Positions 1-8,355 of a stretch of DNA of 63,523 nucleotides are shown here, one piece after another. Numbering within the stretch: the stretch's first letter is position 1; each line of letters begins with the position of its first letter. The position numbers were made by a program, and so were the translations under genes. A model generated the notes under the pieces. It had not been told where the DNA came from. It did not search any database and was given only the letters and a program-made list of their open reading frames with translations. This DNA comes from an uncultured Hyphomicrobium sp. (GTDB taxonomy: Bacteria > Pseudomonadota > Alphaproteobacteria > Rhizobiales > Hyphomicrobiaceae): assembly GCA_964622715.1 (NCBI GenBank), contig CAZURR010000001.1, positions 31,495 to 95,017 on the forward strand, given 5' to 3'.

Positions 1-181
1 CTGCAAACGACTTTGTTCCACTCGCCTCGAAGAAGATGACTTCGAGTGCCGGAAGCAATTGTTCCCTTTGCGCGATGTCGCTCCACCGCTGGATCGCAAT
101 ATCATCGCTACTGGATTCAGTCGCCCGGTTCATGGCACCAACTCTGCCTGCGTCAGCCGGCGCATGCCACCTGGAATTATG

Positions 182-213
182 AAAAAAAAGGACCGGAACG
201 AATCCGGCCCTTT
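182..213 (-). terminator. Intrinsic terminator of the Gly/Arg/Tyr-rich gene
   Basis: Inverted repeat aaagg-a-ccgga / tccgg-c-ccttt with an A8 run at 182-189 (U-tract on the minus strand), just downstream of the stop at 240. Confidence 0.75.
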
Positions 214-239
214 GAAGTCAAAATCTACGATCGCCCGGC

Positions 240-725
240 TCAGTAGTAGTAGTTCCGGCAGCGATAGTAGCGGTCCCACCAATAAGGGCTGCCAGTTGCG
301 TATGCTCTCCGCCTCAACCAGCCGCAGGTGCCGGTATAGTAGCCACCATAGTAGCCGTAGACACGCCCGCGGCGAAAACGCCGGCGACGATAGCGGCGTT
401 TGTTATAGCCACGATATCCGTAGACGCGTCCGCGACGGTAGCCGCGCCCGCGGAATCCGCGACGGCTACCATAAGCGCGCCCACGAAAACCACGTCCGCC
501 GCGGATTCCACGACCACCACCGAAACTTCGTCCGCCGCCACGAAATCCGCGTCCGCCGCCGCGAAAACCGCCGCCGCCGCCACGCCGGGCTATATGCGTC
601 ACCGTATCAGCATTTTTCTCAATACCTAAATTGACGCTCGGAAGGGCTTGCGCCGGCGGAGGGGCGGCCAGCGCCGCAAACAGGCCTCCCGCCACGGCAC
701 ATGCCACCAATAAAGTTTTGTTCAT
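240..725 (-). CDS. Exported Gly/Arg/Tyr-rich low-complexity protein with a C-terminal 2-Cys motif
   Basis: ATG at 725 after GAGGAG; signal peptide MNKTLLVACAVAGGLFAALAAPPPAQA; GGGRGFR repeats; C-terminal CGWLRRRAYATGSPYWWDRYYRC. Confidence 0.85.
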   Translation of the reverse strand: MNKTLLVACAVAGGLFAALAAPPPAQALPSVNLGIEKNADTVTHIARRGGGGGFRGGGRGFRGGGRSFGGGRGIRGGRGFRGRAYGSRRGFRGRGYRRGRVYGYRGYNKRRYRRRRFRRGRVYGYYGGYYTGTCGWLRRRAYATGSPYWWDRYYRCRNYYY

Positions 726-919
726 TCTCGCGTCTCCTCTCACGCCGAACGTTATTTGCATCACGGCTTATTCCTAGCCGCTTCTCAGCACATGGTTGCT
801 AACACCAAAATAGTCGAGGACTGCCACTGGATAACCTATACTTTCTTACATGAACGAATTGTAGCGCTTGCCAAAAAACTCCGAAAACGGATCGCATTTC
901 TTCCAAACCATAAATCCGC

Positions 920-1222
920 TCAGGCGCGTTCACGCGCAATTGTGGCGATCCATGGTGATGGAGCCGACGCTGGCTCCACTGCGCCGTAGTTTGGGCTGAA
1001 GGGTTCTGCTGGATTATCCAAAAACGGATCAGATCGCCTGCGCGGCGGGAGTTGTGCATCGCGGCCGTCGTCCTCGATTTCGACAGAGGGACGCAGCGAA
1101 AGGCCGGCAAAGCGGCCAACCTCATCCGACGCATGCCGAATTTTGCCCTCGGCACCGGGAGCTGTCGAGGCGCACCCACTGACCAGGACAGCCACCACAA
1201 GTCCCACAATTTGGGCTGGCAT
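920..1222 (-). CDS. Hypothetical lipoprotein
   Basis: MPAQIVGLVVAVLVSGC lipobox-like N-terminus; start uncertain (ORF open to 1291). Confidence 0.6.
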   Translation of the reverse strand: MPAQIVGLVVAVLVSGCASTAPGAEGKIRHASDEVGRFAGLSLRPSVEIEDDGRDAQLPPRRRSDPFLDNPAEPFSPNYGAVEPASAPSPWIATIARERA

Positions 1223-1315
1223 TTTGGCACTCACCGGCCACCTGCCGCCACTCAACACATACATCACACGACCACCGCTTAACTGACACAACTGAGCCGA
1301 TCCTGATGGAGTTTG

Positions 1316-1331
1316 GTTAATGACAAGCTAA
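1316..1331 (-). promoter_or_regulatory. Possible CtrA-binding site
   Basis: Minus strand reads TTAG-cttgtca-TTAAC, one mismatch from TTAA-N7-TTAAC, upstream of the lipoprotein gene. Confidence 0.35.
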
Positions 1332-1369
1332 GACGCGTGCAGAAATGACAAAGGCCTGCCGTACGCTCG

Positions 1370-1996
1370 CTAGACGAGCCCGCTGGCACCGACGCCGCTA
1401 AACACGGCTTGCACGGCGATTGCCGCAAGCAGGATGCCGAACACGCGCATCAATACACGCTGTGCTGTGATGCCGATCATGGCATTCAGCTGCTGCGAAA
1501 GAAGGAGCAACGCAAGCGTAATTGCCATCACGGCGGCGAGCGCGGCAAGCGTCACGCCAAGGGCAGCCACATCCCCCTCGACATTCGCTGCAAGCAGAAT
1601 GCCCGCACTCATCGCACCAGGACCGGCAAGCAGTGGCGTGGCCAGTGGAAAGACGGCAATGTCATCTTTCGTTTGCGCTTCGGCGTCCTCCAATTGGGTC
1701 AGCTTGAAGGCGCTCGTTGGCCGCGCAAAGATCATATCGAGCGCAATAATTAATAGAATAATACCGCCCGCCGTCTGCAAGGCGGGAATCGTGACGCCGA
1801 GTTGATCGAGAACCGGCTGGCCTAGCAACGTGAATACCAAAAGGATGAGACTTGCGATCAACGTGGCACGCACCGCGATGGCGGCACGCGCGCGGACCGT
1901 CATTTTTGGCGTTAGTGTCGCAAACAACACAGCCGCCTCAACCGGACCAATGGTGGCAAAGAAGGTTGTGAAACTTGTGAGCGCAATCTCAAGCAT
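1370..1996 (-). CDS. marC: MarC family membrane protein
   Basis: Six hydrophobic segments; IAVFPLATPLLAGPGA and RVFGILLAAIAVQ motifs. Confidence 0.9.
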   Translation of the reverse strand: MLEIALTSFTTFFATIGPVEAAVLFATLTPKMTVRARAAIAVRATLIASLILLVFTLLGQPVLDQLGVTIPALQTAGGIILLIIALDMIFARPTSAFKLTQLEDAEAQTKDDIAVFPLATPLLAGPGAMSAGILLAANVEGDVAALGVTLAALAAVMAITLALLLLSQQLNAMIGITAQRVLMRVFGILLAAIAVQAVFSGVGASGLV

Positions 1997-2237
1997 CGCT
2001 CGTCAAAGCCTCGTAATTAACGCCAAATGCGTGTTCTGCGTTATCTCGAGCGCAACTGTTCTCCGGTTGCGATTCGAATGAGCGCGTCTTGATCCTCCTT
2101 ATCAGCAGTCCTGCATCAATGCTGCTAGCACCTTGAGGCACCGCCACAATTTTATTGCGCGCCTCTCTCTCTGACATATCATTTGCTGACTGCATGATAC
2201 GAGTCGGGATGGGGGCGTCTGATCGGTGGAGAAGACG

Positions 2238-2507
2238 ATGGCCAATTCTGAACTTGCCGCCCTAATGAAGGGCTACAGTCTGACGACGGCAGAGATCCTC
2301 TACCATCTGCCCGATCATCCAGCCCTGCTGCAAAGCTACGTCTGGCAGGACTACGACCTCCATCCGCGCTTTCCCAAGCTCAAGGGATTCCTCGACTTCT
2401 GGTCGGCAAAGCTCGAAGGCAAACTCTATAAGGTCACCGTTGCTCACCACAAGCTGATCACGCCTGCTGAGGTACGCCTCGTCGGCGCAGAGCTCCGGGT
2501 GCACTAG
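2238..2507 (+). CDS. usg: Usg family protein
   Basis: GYSLTTAEILYHLPDHPALLQSYVWQDYDLHPRFPKL...FLDFW signature. Confidence 0.9.
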   Translation: MANSELAALMKGYSLTTAEILYHLPDHPALLQSYVWQDYDLHPRFPKLKGFLDFWSAKLEGKLYKVTVAHHKLITPAEVRLVGAELRVH

Positions 2508-2573
2508 TAGACCACGTCGGCTTGTTGTTAATCTCCCGACAAACGATGGTACTGGCGACGTCGCAACACTGCG

Positions 2574-3155
2574 CTAAGATTCTTGCATCGTAAAAAACGT
2601 GCCCCCGCTCCATAGGCCGAGCACAGAACGGCCGTCGCGCATCTCCTCGCCTGCAAGTCCAACGAGATCATAATAGAGAGGTCGCGTGAGGAGCGCATCG
2701 AGGCGGCCGCGAACACGCACATACGGCTTAGGCCCGCCGCTCGGTTCTTGAAGCGAAAACCGCAAGGGATGCTCGGGGCCGCAGCGCAGAATGTCGTCGA
2801 CGTTGGTGCGAAAGATCAGCTCTTGACCTTTCCCTGCGCCGTCCACCTCCATTTCGACAGCCAGGAACGGCGCGTCCTCGACCGCCACGTCCACCTTCTC
2901 GGCAGGCGTCACGAGGTAGGTGCGCCCGTCTGCGTCCTTCCTGAGCACGTTGGCAAAAAGCTTAATCAGCGACGGCCGCCTAATGGGGCTACCGCGATAG
3001 ACCCAAGTCCCGTCAGCGCAGATCTTCAGCCCGATGTCGCCGCAATAGGGCGGATCCCAGCGCTCCACGGGCGGCGGCCCAGGATCACGCTCAGCCTGCA
3101 ACAACGCCGCAATCCTGCCGATCTCCTCGCTCTGGGTCACTTTGGTGCGATCCAT
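2574..3155 (-). CDS. DUF1285 domain protein
   Basis: PPVERWDPPYCGDIGLKI..DGTW.Y.GSPI.R, LVTPAEK, VEDAPF and FRTNVDD motifs. Confidence 0.85.
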   Translation of the reverse strand: MDRTKVTQSEEIGRIAALLQAERDPGPPPVERWDPPYCGDIGLKICADGTWVYRGSPIRRPSLIKLFANVLRKDADGRTYLVTPAEKVDVAVEDAPFLAVEMEVDGAGKGQELIFRTNVDDILRCGPEHPLRFSLQEPSGGPKPYVRVRGRLDALLTRPLYYDLVGLAGEEMRDGRSVLGLWSGGTFFTMQES

Positions 3156-3453
3156 TAGCGCCCAATCCCACCAGATCTTCGCTCAAGCATCCCCAATCAT
3201 TCTATATGCCCAATTGCCAACCGGCAGGTCTCCGGGCGACACTTCCCGTATGCTCGGAAGGTACTTTCTGAGCGGGAGGCCACAAGGAGCAAACATTTGC
3301 CTGGGCATATCAGCAACTTTCGGTGGATGCGGCACGCTAGACACATACTAACGTAACATTCACTTGACCCGGGGCACTGCGGCCTCAATCGTTGAGTTTC
3401 ATGCCTTCCAGACCGACATTTCCCTCGAAGCTGACAAGCGAGCCATTGCCATT

Positions 3454-4452
3454 ATGAGCACAGTCATAGAGACCCATGCTGATATTGTGCCCCGTCTTGA
3501 GGCGGCGGCCGAGCGCGTGCAACGGGCGCACAAAGCGGCAGCCTCCGTTATCTTCGGCCAAGATCTCGTAATCGAGCGTTCGCTCGTGACGATCCTCTCG
3601 GGCGGCCATGCCCTTCTGATCGGCGTGCCGGGCCTGGCTAAGACGCTCCTCGTTGAGACACTCGGCTCGGTGTTAGGTCTCGATGCCAAACGTATCCAGT
3701 TTACGCCCGATCTCATGCCCTCCGACATCATTGGGTCGGAAGTCTTAGAGGATGCGCCTGGTGAACGCCGCTCCTTCCGCTTCATCAAGGGCCCGATCTT
3801 CACCCAGCTGTTGATGGCCGACGAGATCAACCGCGCCTCACCAAAAACCCAGTCCGCGCTTTTGCAGGCAATGCAAGAGCATCACGTGACCGTAGCCGGC
3901 GCCCGCCACGACGTGCCTGCACCCTTCCACGTTCTTGCAACACAGAATCCCTTGGAACAGGAAGGTACATACCCATTGCCAGAGGCGCAGCTCGACCGCT
4001 TCTTGTTGCAGATCGACGTGAGTTACCCCGACCTCAGTGCCGAGCGGCGCATGTTGTTCGCCACGACCGGCACCGACGAACGCCGGCTAGACACGATCCT
4101 CACGGCCACCGAATTGATGTCCATTCAGCGGCTCGTGCGTCAAATCCCGGTGCCAGACAAAGTCGTCGACGCCATCTTGAGGCTCGTGCGCTCCGCACGA
4201 CCCGGTACTGGCGCCAGCGAGGAAACCGATCGCCTCGTCGCTTGGGGGCCTGGCCCCCGTGCCAGCCAGGCGCTAATGCTAGCCGTGCGTGCCAAAGCGC
4301 TTATCGACGGGCGCCTTGCGCCTTCGGTTGAGGACGTCCTCGCACTTGCTGAATCCGTACTCAAACACCGCATGGCATTGACGTTTGCTGCGCGTGCCGA
4401 AGGGCAGAGCCTGGATGCTGTAATCTCCCGGCTCGTAGCAGCGGTGGAGTAA
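3454..4452 (+). CDS. moxR: MoxR family AAA+ ATPase
   Basis: GVPGLAKT Walker A, RIQFTPDLMPSD, LLMADEINRA, ATQNPLEQEGTYPLPEAQLDRF. Confidence 0.95.
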   Translation: MSTVIETHADIVPRLEAAAERVQRAHKAAASVIFGQDLVIERSLVTILSGGHALLIGVPGLAKTLLVETLGSVLGLDAKRIQFTPDLMPSDIIGSEVLEDAPGERRSFRFIKGPIFTQLLMADEINRASPKTQSALLQAMQEHHVTVAGARHDVPAPFHVLATQNPLEQEGTYPLPEAQLDRFLLQIDVSYPDLSAERRMLFATTGTDERRLDTILTATELMSIQRLVRQIPVPDKVVDAILRLVRSARPGTGASEETDRLVAWGPGPRASQALMLAVRAKALIDGRLAPSVEDVLALAESVLKHRMALTFAARAEGQSLDAVISRLVAAVE

Positions 4453-4455
4453 GGA

Positions 4456-5436
4456 ATGGGGAACGCCTCCGGGCAGGCCCGTCAGGATCTCCCCCGGCGC
4501 GCCGGGGTCCTGACTCTCGAACGCGAAGCACACGGTCTTGCCGACCGGCTGCCAGACATCCTTATCGACGCCAAGCGCATCGCGCAGACGGTCGCACACG
4601 GGATTCATGGCAGACGACGCGCCGGGCCGGGCGAGACATTTTGGCAATTTCGCCAATTCCAATCGAGCGACACCGCCCAGCTGATCGACTGGCGGCGTTC
4701 GGCAAGCTCCGACCACCTTTATGTGCGCGAGCGCGAGTGGGAGGCGGCGCATACGGTTTGGCTATGGCCCAATTTGTCGCCATCCATGGAGTTCCAAAGC
4801 CATCTCGCCGACGTGACCAAGCGCGACCGCGCCATCGTGCTCACATTTGCTGCGGCCGAACTCCTGGTTCGCGGTGGCGAGCGCGTGGCCTTTCTAGGTC
4901 TGACACAGCCGACGGCCAGCCGTAGGGCGTCCACACGCATTGCCGAGGCCATCGCCACGCAAGCTGCCACGCCGGTACTCACATCGAGTCAACCACCCAA
5001 AGCCCGGCTAACGCGGTTCTCGGGCACTATTTTATTCAGCGACTTCCTCGATCCCATCGAGAAAACACGAGCGCACGTTGAAGCGCTGGCAGCTGAAGGT
5101 ACAGCCGGCCACCTCGTGCAGGTTCTCGATCCCGCGGAAGAAACGCTTCCCTATGAGGGCCGCACCGAATTCTTGAGCCCATCAGGCGGGGAGCGTTGGG
5201 TTGCCGACCGCGTGCAGAGCCTGCGTGGTCAATACAAAGAGCGCTTCGAAGCGCATCGTGCCGAGCTTGAGGAGCTTGCCAAACGTCTTGGCTGGTCGTT
5301 CCTTTTGCACCACACGGACCGGCCGGCGTCGGAGCCGCTGCTCACTCTCATCATGCGGCTCGAAGGCGGGCACGGCCACTATCGCTGGCAAGACCAACCA
5401 AGCGTCTTGACACCTGCATCTGAGGCAAGCCCATGA
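4456..5436 (+). CDS. DUF58 (VWA-like) protein
   Basis: HGRRRAGPGETFWQFR, IDWRRSA, LYVREREWE; directly after moxR. Confidence 0.9.
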   Translation: MGNASGQARQDLPRRAGVLTLEREAHGLADRLPDILIDAKRIAQTVAHGIHGRRRAGPGETFWQFRQFQSSDTAQLIDWRRSASSDHLYVREREWEAAHTVWLWPNLSPSMEFQSHLADVTKRDRAIVLTFAAAELLVRGGERVAFLGLTQPTASRRASTRIAEAIATQAATPVLTSSQPPKARLTRFSGTILFSDFLDPIEKTRAHVEALAAEGTAGHLVQVLDPAEETLPYEGRTEFLSPSGGERWVADRVQSLRGQYKERFEAHRAELEELAKRLGWSFLLHHTDRPASEPLLTLIMRLEGGHGHYRWQDQPSVLTPASEASP

Positions 5437-8345
5437 GTTTTGGCGCGCTAGCCTTCCTCAGTCCCTGGCTTCTGGGCGCCCTTGTAACGCTGCCTGTCAT
5501 CTATTGGCTGCTGCGCACAGTACCGCCGCGGCCGCGCCAACTCACATTCCCGCCGACGCGCATTCTCGTCGGTATCGAAAACCAGGAAAAGACCCCGGCA
5601 AAGTCACCCTGGTGGCTAACTCTGATCCGCCTGCTCGCCGCCGCGCTCATCATTTTCGCACTCGCTGAACCTGTATTGAATCCATCGCGCAAGGCAACGC
5701 TCGAAGGCTCAGGCCCGGTGGCGATCGTCGTCGACAACGGCTGGGCGTCAGCTTCGCACTGGACCGAGCGTACTCGCATGATCGAACGCACGATTGGCGA
5801 CGCCGAAGCTTTGGGCCGTCCGGTCGTGATCCTTCCCACCGCCAGTACAGCCAAGACGACAACAGCGAACATCGAAGCGCCCAGTGATGCGCGTTCCAGC
5901 GCCGCCGCCATTGAGCCGCAGCCCTTCGCACCGGACCGCTCCACAGCCGTCTCCGCGCTTGAAACTACGCTTAAGAACTCAACCGATACAGGCGCAAGCA
6001 TCGTATGGCTCAGCGACGGTATCGACCATGACGGCAAGGCAAGTGAGATCATCGAACGCCTGCAGCGAATGGCAGAAGGCGGCACCTTCGCCATTGTGGA
6101 GGGTCAGCGCGGCAGCCAGGCTATCGGCCTCTCCGCCGGCATCGGCCAGAGCAGCAAACTCAACGCCAAAATTAAGCGGGCTGAAGGTGGTCTACGCGAG
6201 GGCTTCATTCATGCCTATTCCATGCGTGGCCAGCGGCTCGGTGAGACTCCGTTCCGCCTCGGCGTTGGCGAGAGTTCCGCAACCGTGCCCCTCGATCTGC
6301 CGCTCGAGCTGCGCAATCAGGTTGCCCGCGTCGAAATTGCCGGCGAGCGCTCAGCTGGCGCGGTGAGCCTTTTAGACGCACGTTCGCAATGGCAGCGCGT
6401 CGCACTCATCTCCGGTGAAGCTCGCGAGGAAGCGCAGCCCCTGCTGGCCCCTCTCTACTATATCGACAAGGCCCTTCGGCCCTTTGCCGAGATCGTTGAG
6501 CCCAAGGGTTCCAATCTCGCCGCCGGAATCCGCGACGCATTTTCACAGAATGCAACGGTCCTCATGCTGGCTGACATCGGCACGTTGTCAGGCGACGTCA
6601 AACAACGGGTCGATGATTGGGTCAAACGCGGCGGCGTGCTCGTGCGCTTTGCTGGGCCACGGCTGGAGAACGGCGGCGACGAATTGCTGCCCGCACCGCT
6701 GCGCATTGGCGGGCGTACTTTGGGCGGCGCACTGTCCTGGTCCACGCCGCAACCGCTGGCGGCCTTCGAGGAGACAAGCCTATTTGCTGGCCTTGATGTT
6801 CCCGCCGAGGTGACCGTCAATCGCCAAGTTCTCTCTGATCCTGCACAGCTTGGCCCCGATACCATGGTGTGGGCGCGCCTGAAGGATGGGACACCGCTGG
6901 TCACGGCGCAGAAGCGCGGCGACGGACAAATCGTGCTGTTCCACGTGACCGCCAACTCGAACTGGTCGAACCTACCGCTCTCAGGGCTCTTCGTTGATAT
7001 GCTACGCCGTATCGCAACACTCCGCGGCACGGCAGTGGCCAGCGGCGAGGCTACGGTCGCGGACGCTGGCGACTCAAGCAAAGCACCTGACTCGCCCGCC
7101 GTTCTAACGCCCTTGCAAACACTTGATGGTTTTGGCGTGTTGAAATCTCCGCCGCCGACAGCACAGCCGATTCCGGCGAGCAAGGCCAACAACATGATCC
7201 CGAGCCTCGATCATCCGCCCGGGTACTACGGTGCGGGCAGCTCGCCGCGCGCCATAAATGTATTGGGGCCCAAGAGCACGCTGGAACCGCTGCCATCTCT
7301 GCCGGCACAAACGCAGCGCTTGAGCTACCAAAGTGAAGGCGCGAAGCCGCTCAAGTCGTGGTTGTTGCTTGCAGCTCTCGCCCTGCTATTCCTCGACATC
7401 ATGGCCGTCATCTTCCTGCAGCGCGGCGGTCTGCGTCTGGGTCGACCCACACCGCGGGCACCAGCAGCGACAGTTTTTGTCATCGCAATCACAGGACTGG
7501 CGGTTGCAGTCGCAATGGCCTCGCCGCTGCACGCACAAACTTTCCGCGGAACAACGCCACAGCCTGTCATGCCGGAAAACGTCTCGCCCGAAGATACCCG
7601 CGCCATGGAGGCCACCAGCAAGGTCACACTTGGTTATGTTCTCACCGGCGACCGCGAGGCCGACGAGATTAGCCGGCTTGGGCTTGAAGGCTTGGGGCGC
7701 GTACTTGCTGTACGAACCGCTATCGAGCCGGGCGACCCGATGGGCGTCAACATTTTGAACGACGAGATCACCTTCTACCCTATTCTGTACTGGCCAGTGT
7801 TGGAGAACGCCGAAGCGCTGCCCGATCCGGTGCTCGCCAAGATCGACGCCTTCATGAAGCAAGGCGGACTCATTATCTTCGACACGCGCGACTACGGCCA
7901 AGGCCTTCCCGCCGGCGGGCCCATCTCCGGAGCGGGCGGCAAAGCATTGCAACGCATCTTGGGCCGGCTCGACGTGCCGCGCCTGGAGCCTGTGCCGGAA
8001 AACCACGTACTCACCAAAGCGTTTTATCTGTTGCGCACCTTTCCAGGCCGCTGGGATGGCGGGCAGCTTTGGGTCGAGGCGCGCAGTGACAATCCAACAC
8101 AGGACCGGCGCCGAGCGCGCGTGTCTGATGACGTCACCTCCATCATCATCACGCCCAACGATCTTGCCTCGGCATGGGCGCTCGATGAGCGGGGCCGTCC
8201 GCTCTATCCCACCGTCGGTGGTGGAGAAAACCAGCGCGAGATGTCATTCCGCACGGGTATCAACATCGTGATGCACGCGTTGACGGGAAACTACAAAGCC
8301 GACCAGGTCCACATACCAGCGCTGCTGGAGCGTTTGGGCCAATGA
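5433..8345 (+). CDS. BatA N-terminal / VWA-like / DUF4159 membrane protein
   Basis: N-terminal FLSPWLLGAL...PPRPR..FPP double TM; C-terminal DUF4159-like HVLTKAFYLL, NDLASAWA, GINIVMHALTGNYKADQVH; ATGA overlap with the DUF58 gene. Confidence 0.85.
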   Translation: MSFGALAFLSPWLLGALVTLPVIYWLLRTVPPRPRQLTFPPTRILVGIENQEKTPAKSPWWLTLIRLLAAALIIFALAEPVLNPSRKATLEGSGPVAIVVDNGWASASHWTERTRMIERTIGDAEALGRPVVILPTASTAKTTTANIEAPSDARSSAAAIEPQPFAPDRSTAVSALETTLKNSTDTGASIVWLSDGIDHDGKASEIIERLQRMAEGGTFAIVEGQRGSQAIGLSAGIGQSSKLNAKIKRAEGGLREGFIHAYSMRGQRLGETPFRLGVGESSATVPLDLPLELRNQVARVEIAGERSAGAVSLLDARSQWQRVALISGEAREEAQPLLAPLYYIDKALRPFAEIVEPKGSNLAAGIRDAFSQNATVLMLADIGTLSGDVKQRVDDWVKRGGVLVRFAGPRLENGGDELLPAPLRIGGRTLGGALSWSTPQPLAAFEETSLFAGLDVPAEVTVNRQVLSDPAQLGPDTMVWARLKDGTPLVTAQKRGDGQIVLFHVTANSNWSNLPLSGLFVDMLRRIATLRGTAVASGEATVADAGDSSKAPDSPAVLTPLQTLDGFGVLKSPPPTAQPIPASKANNMIPSLDHPPGYYGAGSSPRAINVLGPKSTLEPLPSLPAQTQRLSYQSEGAKPLKSWLLLAALALLFLDIMAVIFLQRGGLRLGRPTPRAPAATVFVIAITGLAVAVAMASPLHAQTFRGTTPQPVMPENVSPEDTRAMEATSKVTLGYVLTGDREADEISRLGLEGLGRVLAVRTAIEPGDPMGVNILNDEITFYPILYWPVLENAEALPDPVLAKIDAFMKQGGLIIFDTRDYGQGLPAGGPISGAGGKALQRILGRLDVPRLEPVPENHVLTKAFYLLRTFPGRWDGGQLWVEARSDNPTQDRRRARVSDDVTSIIITPNDLASAWALDERGRPLYPTVGGGENQREMSFRTGINIVMHALTGNYKADQVHIPALLERLGQ

Positions 8346-8355
8346 GGTTTCGTTT

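Noticed and set aside
59-634. Arg/His-rich 191-aa plus-strand ORF
   Set aside because: Antisense shadow of the repetitive Gly/Arg/Tyr gene, which has the RBS, signal peptide and terminator
2085-2200. FNR-like half-sites upstream of usg (TTGAT, ATCAA)
   Set aside because: No pair has the N4 spacing and a good second half
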